In this document: one piece after another, positions 11,201-21,615 of the stretch | Layout: every line of letters starts with the position of its first letter | Position numbering within the stretch: position 1 is the first letter of the stretch | Source of the DNA: Kiritimatiellia bacterium | GTDB taxonomy: Bacteria; Verrucomicrobiota; Kiritimatiellia; RFP12; UBA3636 | Length of the DNA stretch: 64,000 nucleotides | Direction: 5' to 3' | Assembly: GCA_050942875.1 (NCBI GenBank) | Contig: JBMNOD010000001.1 | Span: 16,597-80,596, forward strand | Made by a program: the position numbers and the translations under genes | The notes under the pieces: generated by a model | Database searches by the model: none | The model's input: the letters and a program-made list of their open reading frames with translations, nothing else | Told to the model about the DNA's origin: nothing

Positions 11201-13794
11201 CGGACACCGAGGATTGGGATCAGGACTGGGACGAGTTTGGCACCGAGGATCGCGAGCGCCAGACCCAGTCGCTGGCCTGGCAGACGGTGTCCGTCCCCAT
11301 GCATCTCTGGGACAACGTCTTCATCCAGATCAAGCCCACAGGCTCCGACGGCGCCCTCGTCGTGGACGACCTGGACGTCAACGCCTGGCAAGGCCATACT
11401 TTGTACGACGAAGCGCTTCTCGAGAACGACCCGCACGAAGAACTTCCCTGGAAGGCGACCTACGCTGTCAGGTCAAAAGTCAACAACAACATCTTGTACG
11501 AACTGAACCGGACGCGGGCGAACCCTGTCGAGAACCAGATGATCGTCTCCCCGCTGCTCGTGAACGGCATCGGCGACCTGCTCTTCAACTACCGCGTCGA
11601 CAAGGGCAACGTGACATTCTCAGTCCAGACGCTGCTGATCAACGGCGCCGTCGACCAGACGCTGCTCACGACGAACGTCGTGGCCGGATCGACGATCGAG
11701 CGCATGTACGTCGCCGCCCTGACCAACATGACCGGGCGCTTCCGCATCATCATCGATCCTCTCGAGAGCTCTCGCGATGGCATCCTCTATATCGACAATC
11801 TCAAGGCGACCGACTATCCCGCCGTCGGCGATACGTCGTGGGCGGCCTACAACCTCCTGATCTCCACCTACCCTTGGGATCCGGAGTGCAAGTTCGACGG
11901 CGCGGCCAACACCGACTACCGCAGCGCCACGATCAACGACGGCTATGCGAACAACACGCCGCTTGGGGTCGCCTACGATGAAGACGAGCCCTACCTCCAG
12001 TCGCCGAGGATCGAGACCGGCATTGGCGAGGTCAGCTTCTGGTACCGTCGCTATCCCGGTGCGACGAAGCCCGGCAAAGTGTACTTGAAGGCGGCCAAAA
12101 ACGTTCAGGACTTCGACAACAACCCTGGCGCCGTCCTCACGCTGGGTGTGGTGGATCTCAATCCGGATTCGGAAACTTTGGATTCTCAGATCGCCTGTCT
12201 TGAAAACATCACCAACGTTACAACCGACGTCTGGACCTACTTCAGCGTCGAGTTCTACAAGGCCGACTACAAAATCCTGCGTCTGTATGGCGACACGGAG
12301 ACCGCCGGACGCGTGATGGTCGACAACATCATCGTGACGGAGCCGGTTCGGTCGTCGATCGACATCGAGTCCGTCGAGCTGATTCCCGAGATTCCGCTCT
12401 CCACCGACAAAGTCGGCGCTCGCGTGAAGCTTGTGAATCCGCGCATGAATCCGACCGGCATTGAAGTCTATCTGCTCTACACCATTGGCACCAACCAATG
12501 GGGGCGTGAAAACTGGTCGCCCAGCGCGGCTTCCGTTAAGCTTGATCCGGTGCCCGGCAAGCCCTACGAATACGTTGTCGCCGATGCCATCCCGCAGCTG
12601 CCGGTCGACACGGTCGTCCAATACACCGTGGAGGTCGTTTACCAAGGCACCTTTGCATCACCCGTCTATTACGACGAGGCGTTCGTCAACCCGTCTTGGT
12701 ACGCCCCCATCGATTTGAACGAACAGTATGCCGACGCCGGAAAATCACCCTACTACTATGTCTTCTCGGTCGGAACCAACGTTGTGTTCATCAATGAGTT
12801 CCTGCCCTACGCCTATTCGTACGGCGCCTATCTCGGACTTGATGAACAGTATGTGGAGCTGGTCGGCATAGACAAGGGGAATGTTGCAGGCTGGAAGCTT
12901 GAGCATGTCAATGTGGAGGCCAGCGCCTATGAAGACGTCGTCAAGTGGACGAATGTGTTGAAGCCCGGCGCCAAATTCGAGTCGCGCTTTGTCGCCGGCT
13001 CGCAGGAGCCGAAGGACAAGGGCTGGGGCTTCTACACCCTCGCTTGCTCCGGAGTCAACAGCGAGAATCCCAACTTCTCCGTCGTTTCCCCGAATGAGAT
13101 TGTTGTGGATCAGGAGCTCTTCCCGCGACACTTCTACAATGAAAACCACACTGGTTTTGCGCCAGGATTTGAAGGCCGTGGCATGGGCGTCCCTGGGGCG
13201 CTCTGCCTGCGACGCAGCATGGGCGCCTATGTCCAACGGATTGCTTGGGGCTCGGACACGGCGGTGGCCCAGCTTCTGCAGCGAGGCTATGAGTACGCCG
13301 GAGACCGAGGCACTGGAGCCAACCGCCGTCGGCGCGTTTTCATGTGGGCCGACAATGGCGCCTTGGAACCAGAGCTTGCCTGGGTGTTGCTGTCCGAGTC
13401 TCTCTACTCGCCAGGCTACTACAACGATGGCCAGGCCGAGCTGATCTGGAAGATCGATCCCGCCGAAGAAGGAGAACCGACGACCAAGCCGGAAATCGGA
13501 CAGCCCAGGATCACGTCGATCGCCCTTGGCGCGACCTCGGCGACGCTCGAATTCGACGTCTGGACGGTCAACGGGGTCGAGCTGGCGAACGACAACTTCA
13601 CCTGGTACGTCGAGACGTCCGAGGATCCGGCCTTCGCCAATCCCACAGCCCATCCGATTAATGCGGGAACCGCTCCTACTCCCATTACCGCGCCTTCGGA
13701 CGGCACGCCCAGTTCCTACTCGGTCGACGTTGACTTCGGCGCCCCGGTCTCGCAGAGTCTGTTCTATCGGATCAAGGCAGTCCCCAGACCTTGA
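8276..13794 (+). CDS. giant secreted protein (1839 aa), function unknown, with lamin-tail-like segment
   Basis: GGAG Shine-Dalgarno then ATGATG at 8276; signal peptide MMKTIKSFSMKSLACAMAALVASATLVGA. Long beta-rich Thr/Asn/Tyr/Trp-rich sequence. Near aa ~1490, NVVFINEFLPYAYS...DEQYVELVG...NVAGWKLE resembles a lamin-tail domain. No catalytic motif recognised. Confidence 0.7.
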
Positions 13795-13823
13795 TTGATC
13801 CCCAGGCGTCTTGACAAGCGACA

Positions 13824-13866
13824 GGCGCGCGTCCCGAATGGGGTCGCGCGCCCTTTCGCTCAATTT
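13824..13866 (+). terminator. putative intrinsic terminator after giant gene
   Basis: GC hairpin GGCGCGCG-(13 nt loop)-CGCGCGCC followed by CTTTCGCTCAATTT, immediately 3' of the 13794 stop. Confidence 0.35.
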
Positions 13867-13887
13867 AGGAAACCAGGAGATTGTCGA

Positions 13888-14292
13888 ATGAACCCGAAAC
13901 TGGCTCAATGGGAGGCCAAGCTCCACAAGCTCCTTCGCAAGATCGACCACCATCTCGAGGATCGATACGGGGACGCTTTGCCTCTGCACCCCTCGCGTCC
14001 CGGGCGCGGCACGGCCGCCAACCCGCAATACGACGGCCTCTTTCGCGTGACGGCGGCTTTTTCCGCGGGCTATGGATCGCGCCTCGGCCCCGGATACATC
14101 TTCCAAGTCGAAATCGTCACGCTCTCCCAGGTGCCTTCGGAAGTCCGCGAGAAAATCGAGCGGGAAGCCGCCGACATGCTGCGGGCGAAACTCCCCGAGG
14201 CCTTCCCCGACCGGGAGCTTTTCGTGGAGCGCGACGGCCCCGTCTTCAAGATCCACGGCGATCTTTCCCTGGACGGCGAACCGAGACATTGA
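13888..14292 (+). CDS. hypothetical small protein (134 aa)
   Basis: Strong AGGAGA Shine-Dalgarno 7 nt upstream of ATG 13888, inside track ORF 13795..14292. No recognisable family. Confidence 0.5.
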   Translation: MNPKLAQWEAKLHKLLRKIDHHLEDRYGDALPLHPSRPGRGTAANPQYDGLFRVTAAFSAGYGSRLGPGYIFQVEIVTLSQVPSEVREKIEREAADMLRAKLPEAFPDRELFVERDGPVFKIHGDLSLDGEPRH

Positions 14293-14304
14293 ATCCGCCT
14301 AGTT

Positions 14305-15387
14305 TCAGACCTCAGGGTCTGGATAGAAGACCGGTTCGCCTCGGCTGTTGACGAGGAGCGTCCCCTCGGCGCGCGTTTCCAGAATGCCTTCGGGAAGCAG
14401 CTCGATTTTGCCGCCCGCCCCCGGCGTGTCCACGGCGAAGTTCGGAATCGCCATGCCGCTCAGGCGTCCGCGCAAATGCTTCATGATGCGAAGCCCCGTG
14501 GCAAGCGGCGTGCGGAGATGCTCGATGCCGTTCACGAGATCGCACTGGAAGAGGTAGTAGGGGCGGATGCGGTTGTGGAAGAGCTTTCGGCAGAGCGCTT
14601 CGACTACCGCCTCGGAGTCGTTGACGCCCCGCAGCAGCACGGTTTGGTTGGATACGGGGATGCCGGCGTCGACGAGGCGGCTCGCCGCGGCGATGGCCCG
14701 GGGCGTGAGTTCGACGGGATGGTTGAAGTGCGTGTTGACGAAGAGGGGGGCGTGGTTTCGGAGCATGGCCACGACGTCGGGCGTGAAGCGCATCGGAAGG
14801 TTCACAAGCGTGCGCGTGGCGACGCGAATCGCCTTGACGGAGGGAACGGCGCGAATCCGGCCGAGGATGTGGTCGAGGCGGTCGTCGTCGAGCAGCATCG
14901 GGTCGCCGCCGGAGACAAGGACGTCGTCGATCTCGGGATGCGCCGCAAGATAGGCGGCGCAGGCGTCGAGCGCATCGTCCGTGATCGCGGTGTCGGGCGT
15001 CGAGGAGACGCGCTTGCGCGTGCAATGGCGGCAATAGGTGGCGCAGGCCGAGGTGGAGACGATGAGCGCCCGGTCGGGGTAGCGATGCACGAGGCACGGC
15101 ACGGGCGAGCAGGTTTGCTCGTGCAACGGATCGCTGGAGAGCCAGGACGGCGTGTGCAGCTCCCGTCCGTCCGGCACGCATTGCGCGAAAATCGGGTCGC
15201 CGAAGTCCGGGCGCTCGATCAGGCTTGCATAATAAGGCGTGACCGACATCAGGAAGAGGTCTGCGGCCCGCCGCATGGCGTCGGTGACGACCATCGCCGG
15301 GAATCGGCGTTGCATCGCATCGAGCGAGCGGATGCTGTTGGCGAGCTCGCGCTTCCATTCCGGCGGCTCGTGGCTGTTCTGCGTCAT
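14305..15387 (-). CDS. KamA-family radical SAM protein (lysine 2,3-aminomutase-like, possibly EpmB)
   Basis: CATYCRHCTRKR (Cx3Cx2C) plus KamA-family regions (VSGGDPM, IRPYYLFQCD). Confidence 0.8.
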   Translation of the reverse strand: MTQNSHEPPEWKRELANSIRSLDAMQRRFPAMVVTDAMRRAADLFLMSVTPYYASLIERPDFGDPIFAQCVPDGRELHTPSWLSSDPLHEQTCSPVPCLVHRYPDRALIVSTSACATYCRHCTRKRVSSTPDTAITDDALDACAAYLAAHPEIDDVLVSGGDPMLLDDDRLDHILGRIRAVPSVKAIRVATRTLVNLPMRFTPDVVAMLRNHAPLFVNTHFNHPVELTPRAIAAASRLVDAGIPVSNQTVLLRGVNDSEAVVEALCRKLFHNRIRPYYLFQCDLVNGIEHLRTPLATGLRIMKHLRGRLSGMAIPNFAVDTPGAGGKIELLPEGILETRAEGTLLVNSRGEPVFYPDPEV

Positions 15388-15492
15388 GAATGACTCCTGT
15401 GGGGTGAACTTGCGTTCGACGACCCAGCCGACGCGCCTGGGCCTGGTCGCTTTTTTTGGAAGCGCATTCTATCATGAATGACGACCGATTGC

Positions 15493-15522
15493 CATTGCAT
15501 CCATGGTGTGCTTCGCGGTATA
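15493..15522 (+). promoter_or_regulatory. sigma70-like promoter for cellobiose phosphorylase gene
   Basis: TTGCAT - 18 bp spacer - TATAAT about 100 bp upstream of ATG 15624. AGGAGA Shine-Dalgarno precedes the start. Confidence 0.4.
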
Positions 15523-15623
15523 ATCTGCACCGTCGATGTTGGAGCATGCCGGCTCGTGGAGCCTTCTTCAGTCGGTTGAGGAAAACGGTCGGCATCAAGA
15601 GAACGTGAAACAGGAGAAGACAA

Positions 15624-18091
15624 TGAAATTCGGAAGATTCGACGACGCCAATCGCGAGTATGTGATCGACACCCCGCAGACCCCCTATCCCTGGATCAAC
15701 TACCTGGGCAACGAGAAGTTCTTCTCGCTCGTCTCCAACACCGCCGGCGGGTACGCCTTCTACACGGACGCCCGCCTGCGGCGGTTGACGCGCTACCGCT
15801 ACAACGACATCCCCCTCGACAACAACGGCCGCTACTTCTACATCAAGGACGGGCGAACGCTCTGGAGCCCGAGCTGGAAGCCCGCCAAGACGCCGCTCGA
15901 TTCCTACTCCTGCCGCCACGGCTTCGGCTACACGAAGTTCGACGCGTCCAAGAACGGCCTCCGGGCGAAGACGCTCTTCTTCGTGCCCAACGGCGAGAAC
16001 GCCGAAGTCCAGATGCTCACGCTCGTCAACGAGTCGAAGAAGGCCAAGCGCGTCACGCTCGTCTCCTTCGTTGAATGGTGCCTCTGGAACGCGCTCGACG
16101 ACTGCACGAACTTCCAGCGCAACCTCTCCATCGGCGAGGTCGAAATCCTCGGCGGCGCCATCTACCACAAGACCGAATACCGCGAGCGCCGCAACCACTA
16201 CGCCTTCTATTCCGTCAACGCGCAGCCCGTCGGCTTCGACACGGATCGCGAGACGTTCCTGGGCCTCTACGAGAACCTCGACGCCCCGCGCACCATCGCC
16301 GCCGGCGCCAGCGGCAACTCCGTCGCCGACGGCTGGTCGCCGATCGCGAGCCATCGCCTGAGCGTGACGCTCCAGCCGGGCGAGTCGAAGACGTACATCT
16401 TCGTCCTCGGCTACGTCGAGAACGACGACGACGAGAAGTTCGTCGACACGCCCGAGCCCGGCCTCTTGCAGACGAACCCCGCCATGCGCGCGATCAACAA
16501 GTCCAAGGCGATCGCCATGCAGGCGCGCTACGCCACGCCCGGGCAGGTCGAGGCGGCCTTCGACGATCTGCGCGCCAGTTGGGACGCGCTGCTCGCCAAC
16601 TTCACGCTCGAGACCGGCGACGCGAAGCTCGACCGCATGGCCGTGTGGAACCAGTACCAATGCATCGTGACCTACAACTTCGCCCGCTCGGCCAGCTACT
16701 TCGAGAGCGGCATCGGGCGCGGCATCGGCTTCCGCGACACGAGCCAGGACATGCTCGGCGTGGTGCACCAGATTCCCGAACGCGCCCGCGAGCGCCTCTT
16801 CGACGTCGCCTCGACGCAGTTCGAGGACGGCAGCGCCTACCACCAGTTCCAGCCGCTGACGAAGCGCGGCAACGCCGACATCGGCTCGAACTTCAACGAC
16901 GATCCGCTGTGGCTCATCCTCGGCGTCGCCGGCTACATCCGCGAGACGGGCGACAAGGCCTTCCTCAAGACGATGGTGCCGTTCGACAACGACGAGTCGA
17001 ACCAGGCGACGCTCTTCGAGCACCTCAAGCGCTCGTTCCGCTTCATCACCAAGAACATCGGCCCGCACGGGCTCCCGCTCATCGGCCGCGCCGACTGGAA
17101 CGACTGCCTCAACCTCAACTGCTTCAGCCGCGACCCCAACGAGTCCTTCCAGACCTGCACGAACAAGGACGGCAGGAACGCGGAGTCGGTGATGATCGCG
17201 CAGATGTTCGTCTACGTCGCCCCGGAATACGCAGCGCTGTGCCGGATGATGGGCTTCGAGACCGAGGCGAAATTCGCCGAGAGGCAGGCCGCCAAGATGG
17301 CCCGCCAGATTTGCAAGGTCGGATGGGACGGCGAGTGGTTCCTGCGCGCCTACGACGACTTCGGCAACAAGGTCGGCTCGTCCGAATGCGAGGACGGCAA
17401 GATCTTCATCGAAACGCAGGGCTTCGGCTCGATGGCCCGGATCGGCGCGGACAAGGGGCATCCCATCAAGGCGCTCGACAGCGTGAAGCGCCACCTCGAC
17501 ACGCCGCACGGCATCGTGCTGCTCGATCCGCCGTATCGCGACTACCACGTCGAACTTGGCGAAGTTTCCTCCTATCCGCCGGGCTACAAGGAGAATGCCG
17601 GCGTCTTCTGCCACAACAACCCGTGGGTGGTCATCGGCGAAGTCATGTCCGGCCGTCCGCAGAACGCCTGGGAGTACTACCGCAAGATCGCCCCCGCCTA
17701 CCGCGAGGAAATCAGCGAAGTCCATCGCCTCGAGCCGTATGTGTATGCGCAGATGATCGCCGGCAAGGGAGCCCGCCGCCACGGCGAGGCCAAGAACAGC
17801 TGGCTCACCGGAACGGCCGCGTGGAACTTCGTGGCGCTCTCGCAGTGGATCTGCGGGATCCGCGCCGAGCACGAGGGGCTGCGCGTCGAGCCGCGCCTGC
17901 CCGGGCATGTGAAGAAGGCGCGGATCACGCGCCGCTTCCGCGGCTGCGAGTACGTGATCGACGTCGTGAACAACAAGCCCGACGGCGAGGTCGTCCTCGA
18001 GATCGCAGACGGCAAGGCCAGGCTCGTCGGCACGCGCGTCAAGGCGGCGCGCGGCGTGAAGACGGTGCGCCTCGCCGCGACGGTCGGCTGA
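15624..18091 (+). CDS. cellobiose/cellodextrin phosphorylase (GH94)
   Basis: Real start [29 protein letters not shown], the canonical GH94 N-terminus. About 822 aa, inside track ORF 15536..18091. Confidence 0.85.
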
Positions 18092-18101
18092 GCCATGGGC
18101 T

Positions 18102-18845
18102 GTGGACGATAGACGACCAACGGATCCCTGTCTTTCGGGTGCCGGACTTTCTCCTGCGCGAACCCGCTGGCGCGTCGCGCTTGCGCTGGTCTTGCTGGTG
18201 CCGGCGCCCAGCGTGGGCGTGCTGTCGGCGATGATCCTGCAGCCCGGCCATCCGTTGAGCCGGGTGGTTTTCGTGCTGTCCAAGATCTGGCTCTTCGCCC
18301 TGCCGGTCGTGTGGCTGCTGGTCGTGGAACGCGGGCGGCCGAGCTTTTCGCCGTTGCGACGCGGCGGGATGCTGGCGGGTCTGTTGAGCGGCGTCGTGCT
18401 TTCGGCCGGTATCCTGGCGGCTTATGGGCTGCTGGGCGAGCGGATGATCCCGCGCGACGCGTTTGTCGCCAAGCTGACGGCGGTCGGGTTGGCGGATTGG
18501 CGGGCGTACTTGGCCGGCGCGCTCTATTGGGTGCTTGTGAACTCCGTGCTCGAAGAGTACGTCTGGCGGTGGTTCTGCACGGAGCAGTTCGGACGGCTGA
18601 TGCGCCCGCGGGCGGCGATCGTGGCGTCGGCGCTGTGCTTCACGCTCCACCATGCGCTTGCGCTCCATTCGTATTTCCCCGAAGCCCCCATCGTGACGGC
18701 GGCCTGTTCGGCGGGCGTGTTCGTGGGCGGTGTGACGTGGTCGGCGCTGTATGTGCGCACCCGTTCGGTCTGGCCGGGCTATTTCAGCCATGCCATCGTC
18801 GATATTGCGGTGTTCGGCCTCGGCGCGGCGATGTTGTTTGGCTAG
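18102..18845 (+). CDS. CPBP (CAAX protease/Abi) family intramembrane metalloprotease
   Basis: Multi-TM with EEYVWRWF (EExxxR), FTLHHA (FxxxH) and HAIVD (HxxxN/D) motifs. The start may be further downstream (e.g. 18231). Confidence 0.7.
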   Translation: MDDRRPTDPCLSGAGLSPARTRWRVALALVLLVPAPSVGVLSAMILQPGHPLSRVVFVLSKIWLFALPVVWLLVVERGRPSFSPLRRGGMLAGLLSGVVLSAGILAAYGLLGERMIPRDAFVAKLTAVGLADWRAYLAGALYWVLVNSVLEEYVWRWFCTEQFGRLMRPRAAIVASALCFTLHHALALHSYFPEAPIVTAACSAGVFVGGVTWSALYVRTRSVWPGYFSHAIVDIAVFGLGAAMLFG

Positions 18846-19334
18846 AGTTCACGGAAGAGCCGAAGTGGTGGATGAAGAGCGATGAAGCGCCCCCCCTTCG
18901 GAGACTTGGTCGCTTTATTGGGTTTTTGGATCCGTCGGATTGGGCGGATCCGTCGGATCGGACGGATCGTTTGACGACGAAACCGACGCCCTGCACAAGC
19001 TGCAGTGCCAGCGGCGACCGCAGTTTCCAGCGGCACGGCCCGTGATGGGCGAACCAGAAGCCGGAACGCTGGAGCCCGCAAAACGTTTGTAGTGGGCCCG
19101 TAAGGGTCTCTTGCGCAAGGACGACGAATGAAGCGCCCTTCGGGTTTTCATTCGCAAGCCCTTGTTTCTCCATGCGCCGCAGCGCCTCACGGCGCCACTA
19201 CGAACCTTGAACCCCTGTGGACGCGGCGTCCCCGCCGCGTGTCGTTCCACGCGCTGCGCGTGGCAGGATGTCCACTCTGGGGTTTTTGGAGTCAGAGGAC
19301 GGGGCGAGGGCAAAACTTTGGGTGGGCGCACGGC

Positions 19335-19360
19335 GCCCGCCCACGGAAGGGGGGGCGGGC
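19335..19360 (-). terminator. putative terminator hairpin 3' of phosphatase gene
   Basis: GCCCGCCC-ACGGAAGGG-GGGCGGGC hairpin directly after stop 19362..19364 on the minus strand, with a weak U-run. Confidence 0.3.
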
Positions 19361-19361
19361 T

Positions 19362-20123
19362 TCAGCGGGGGGCGGCGGCGGGGGCGAGGGTCGCCAGGAA
19401 CTGGCGCTGGGCGTGGCGGAGCTTCACGCCGGGGCGGGCGGCGGCGACGAGGGCTTCGGCTTCGGCCGGCGTGGCCGCAAGGCCGCGGCGGAGGAGCAGG
19501 GCGCAGGCGAAGAAGCCGGTGCGGCCGTGGCCTTGCGCGCAGTGGATGTAGAGGCCTTTCGCCGGCAAGGCGTCGATGCAGGCGCGCAAGTCGTCCGCCG
19601 AGCGGATGGAGGCTTCGAGGATGGGGAAGGACACGTAGCGTCCGTCCCAGCTTTGCAGAAAGCGCGCGGCGGGGAGCTCCGCCGCGAGGTCGATGCAGAC
19701 GGCCGTGCCGTCGGGCAGGTCGTCCGGGCGTTCGGGGCGGCGGCCGATCCAGATGCCGTCGACGAGTTTGTCGTGGCGGTTTTCCCTTGAGAAGCGGGTG
19801 AGGGCGAACTGGCGGATCCAGAGCGGCGCGGCGTAGGGCAGGCAGCCGATGGTGAAGAGCAGGGGCATTCGCCCGTCCGCTTCCTTGCCGAAGGCGTCGG
19901 TGTCGTTGTCCTCGTAGGCGCGGGCGACGAGCGCCGCGCAGGCCGTGACCCAGAGTCCGGCGAGCGTGGCGGGGTGCCAGACGCCGCCGCGGTGGTAGGC
20001 GCGGAAGAGCAGGACGATCGTCGCCGCCGCGAGGGCGGCGGCGAGCAGGCCGTAGGCGCGGGCGAGGTGGGCGGCGCCCGTGGCGGCGGCGCCGCCGGCG
20101 GCGTTGTCGCGTTCGGGGCTCAC
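19362..20123 (-). CDS. membrane-anchored Cys-based protein (Tyr/dual-specificity) phosphatase
   Basis: C-terminal part of track ORF 19362..21188 carries the CX5R signature HCAQGHGRTG, and the N-terminal region has hydrophobic TM segments. Start proposed at GTG 20121..20123, overlapping the lysS stop as GTGA; an alternative start is the internal ATG (MPLLF). Confidence 0.6.
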   Translation of the reverse strand: MSPERDNAAGGAAATGAAHLARAYGLLAAALAAATIVLLFRAYHRGGVWHPATLAGLWVTACAALVARAYEDNDTDAFGKEADGRMPLLFTIGCLPYAAPLWIRQFALTRFSRENRHDKLVDGIWIGRRPERPDDLPDGTAVCIDLAAELPAARFLQSWDGRYVSFPILEASIRSADDLRACIDALPAKGLYIHCAQGHGRTGFFACALLLRRGLAATPAEAEALVAAARPGVKLRHAQRQFLATLAPAAAPR

Positions 20124-21583
20124 GCCTTGGGCTTGAGCTGGGGGAAGAGGATGACGTCGCGGATGGCGTCGGCGCCGGTGAGCATCATGACGAACCGGTC
20201 GATGCCGAGGCCGAGGCCGCCGGCGGGCGGCATGCCGGCTTCGAGGGCGGCGATGAAGTCTTCGTCGATCTTCTCGACTTCGTCGCCCGCCTGGTTGGCG
20301 AAGGCTTCGCGCTGGGCGAGGGGGTCGTTCTGCTCCGTGTAGCCGGGGCAGAGTTCGCGCCCCGCCACGACGAACTCGAAGACGTCCGCCAGCGCGGGGT
20401 CGTCGGCGCAGGCTTTGGCGAGCGGGATGAACTGGCGCGGGACGCGGGTGACGAAGGTCGGCTGGAAGAGGGTTTTTTCGATGAGCTTGTCGTAGACTTC
20501 GTGCGTGACGAGGAGGTGGTCCCAGGCGGGGTCGCAGTCCACGCCGGCGGCTTCGGCGGCGGCGCGGGCGTCGTCGGCCGGGCGTTCGAACCAGTCGGCG
20601 CCCATGTGCTCGCGGACGAGGTCGTGGTAGGCCACTTCGCGGTAGGGCGGGGTGAAGTCGAGGACGCCGTCGCCCAGGGGGATCTGGCGCGTGCCCAGGA
20701 CCTTGTCGCAGACGTGCGGGATCATCCCTTCGAGGATGGCCTTCATGGAGAGGCGGTCGCCGTAGGCTTCGTAGATTTCGAGGACGGTGAATTCGGGGTT
20801 GTGGGTGCGGTCGAGGCCTTCGTTGCGGAAGTTGCGGTTCATCTCGAAGATCTTGTCGAAGCCGCCGACGAGCAGGCGCTTGAGGTAGAGCTCCGGGGCG
20901 ATGCGCATGTACATCGTGCAGTCGAGGGCGTTGTAGTGCGTCATGAACGGCCGCGCGGCGGCGCCGCCCGGCTGGGGCTGCATCATCGGCGTCTCGACTT
21001 CCTGGAAGCCGAGGCCGTCGAGGTAGTTGCGGATTTCGCGGACGATGGCGATGCGCTTGTTGAAGCGGTCGCGCGATTCGGGGTTGGAGACGAGGTCGAA
21101 GTGGCGCTGGCGGTAGCGGTCTTCGACGTCCTGGAGGCCGTGGAACTTCTCGGGCGGCTGCTGGAGCGCCTTGGCGAGGAGGGTCCATTTCTCCACGCGG
21201 ATGCTCGGTTCGCCGGTGCGGGTGGTGAACAGCTCGCCTTCGACGCCGACGTGGTCGCCGAGGTCGATGAACTTGAAGGCGTCGAAGCCTTCGTCGCCGA
21301 GGTGGTTCTTGTTGATGAAGAGCTGGATGCGGCCGGTGCCGTCGCGCAGGTCGGCGAAGACGGTCTTGCCCATGTTGCGGACGGACATGACGCGGCCGGC
21401 GGCGCGCACCGCCTGGTGTTCGGCGAAGGCGGCGTGGATGTCGGCGACGCTGCCGGTGCGCTTGAAGGCGGCGCCGAAGGGCTTGTGGCCGCGGGCTTCG
21501 AGCTCGGCGAGGTTGGCGAGGCGCTGCTGGCGGTATTCGTTGGGGGAGGGGCGCGCTTCGGCGGGGGCGGGGGATTCGGGCAT
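20120..21583 (-). CDS. lysS: lysine--tRNA ligase (class II)
   Basis: 487 aa from MPESPAPA (ATG 21583) inside track ORF 20120..22540. Class II motifs (FRNEG, GGLGLGIDR) and OB anticodon-binding domain. Confidence 0.9.
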   Translation of the reverse strand: MPESPAPAEARPSPNEYRQQRLANLAELEARGHKPFGAAFKRTGSVADIHAAFAEHQAVRAAGRVMSVRNMGKTVFADLRDGTGRIQLFINKNHLGDEGFDAFKFIDLGDHVGVEGELFTTRTGEPSIRVEKWTLLAKALQQPPEKFHGLQDVEDRYRQRHFDLVSNPESRDRFNKRIAIVREIRNYLDGLGFQEVETPMMQPQPGGAAARPFMTHYNALDCTMYMRIAPELYLKRLLVGGFDKIFEMNRNFRNEGLDRTHNPEFTVLEIYEAYGDRLSMKAILEGMIPHVCDKVLGTRQIPLGDGVLDFTPPYREVAYHDLVREHMGADWFERPADDARAAAEAAGVDCDPAWDHLLVTHEVYDKLIEKTLFQPTFVTRVPRQFIPLAKACADDPALADVFEFVVAGRELCPGYTEQNDPLAQREAFANQAGDEVEKIDEDFIAALEAGMPPAGGLGLGIDRFVMMLTGADAIRDVILFPQLKPKA

Positions 21584-21615
21584 GGCGGGTTGGCTTTCTC
21601 GCGGGATCGGCGCGT

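Noticed and set aside
14312-18283. 1323-aa ORF on the minus strand
   Set aside because: Antisense to the cellobiose phosphorylase and CPBP genes, extremely Arg/Ala/Gly-rich low-complexity sequence; typical open-frame artefact of a 65% GC genome.
18846-19361. Possible small RNA or gene in the 516-bp gap between convergent genes
   Set aside because: Contains only short tandem repeats (GGATCCGTCGGAT x3), a duplicated ATGAAGCGCCC..TTCGG motif and terminator-like hairpins; the ORFs there (18915..19331 etc.) are low-complexity. No convincing RNA gene.
20124-21188. Upstream extension of the phosphatase frame to a 608-aa protein (track ORF 19362..21188)
   Set aside because: The extension runs antisense through lysS in a Pro/Arg-rich frame; the plausible gene is only the C-terminal ~253 codons.
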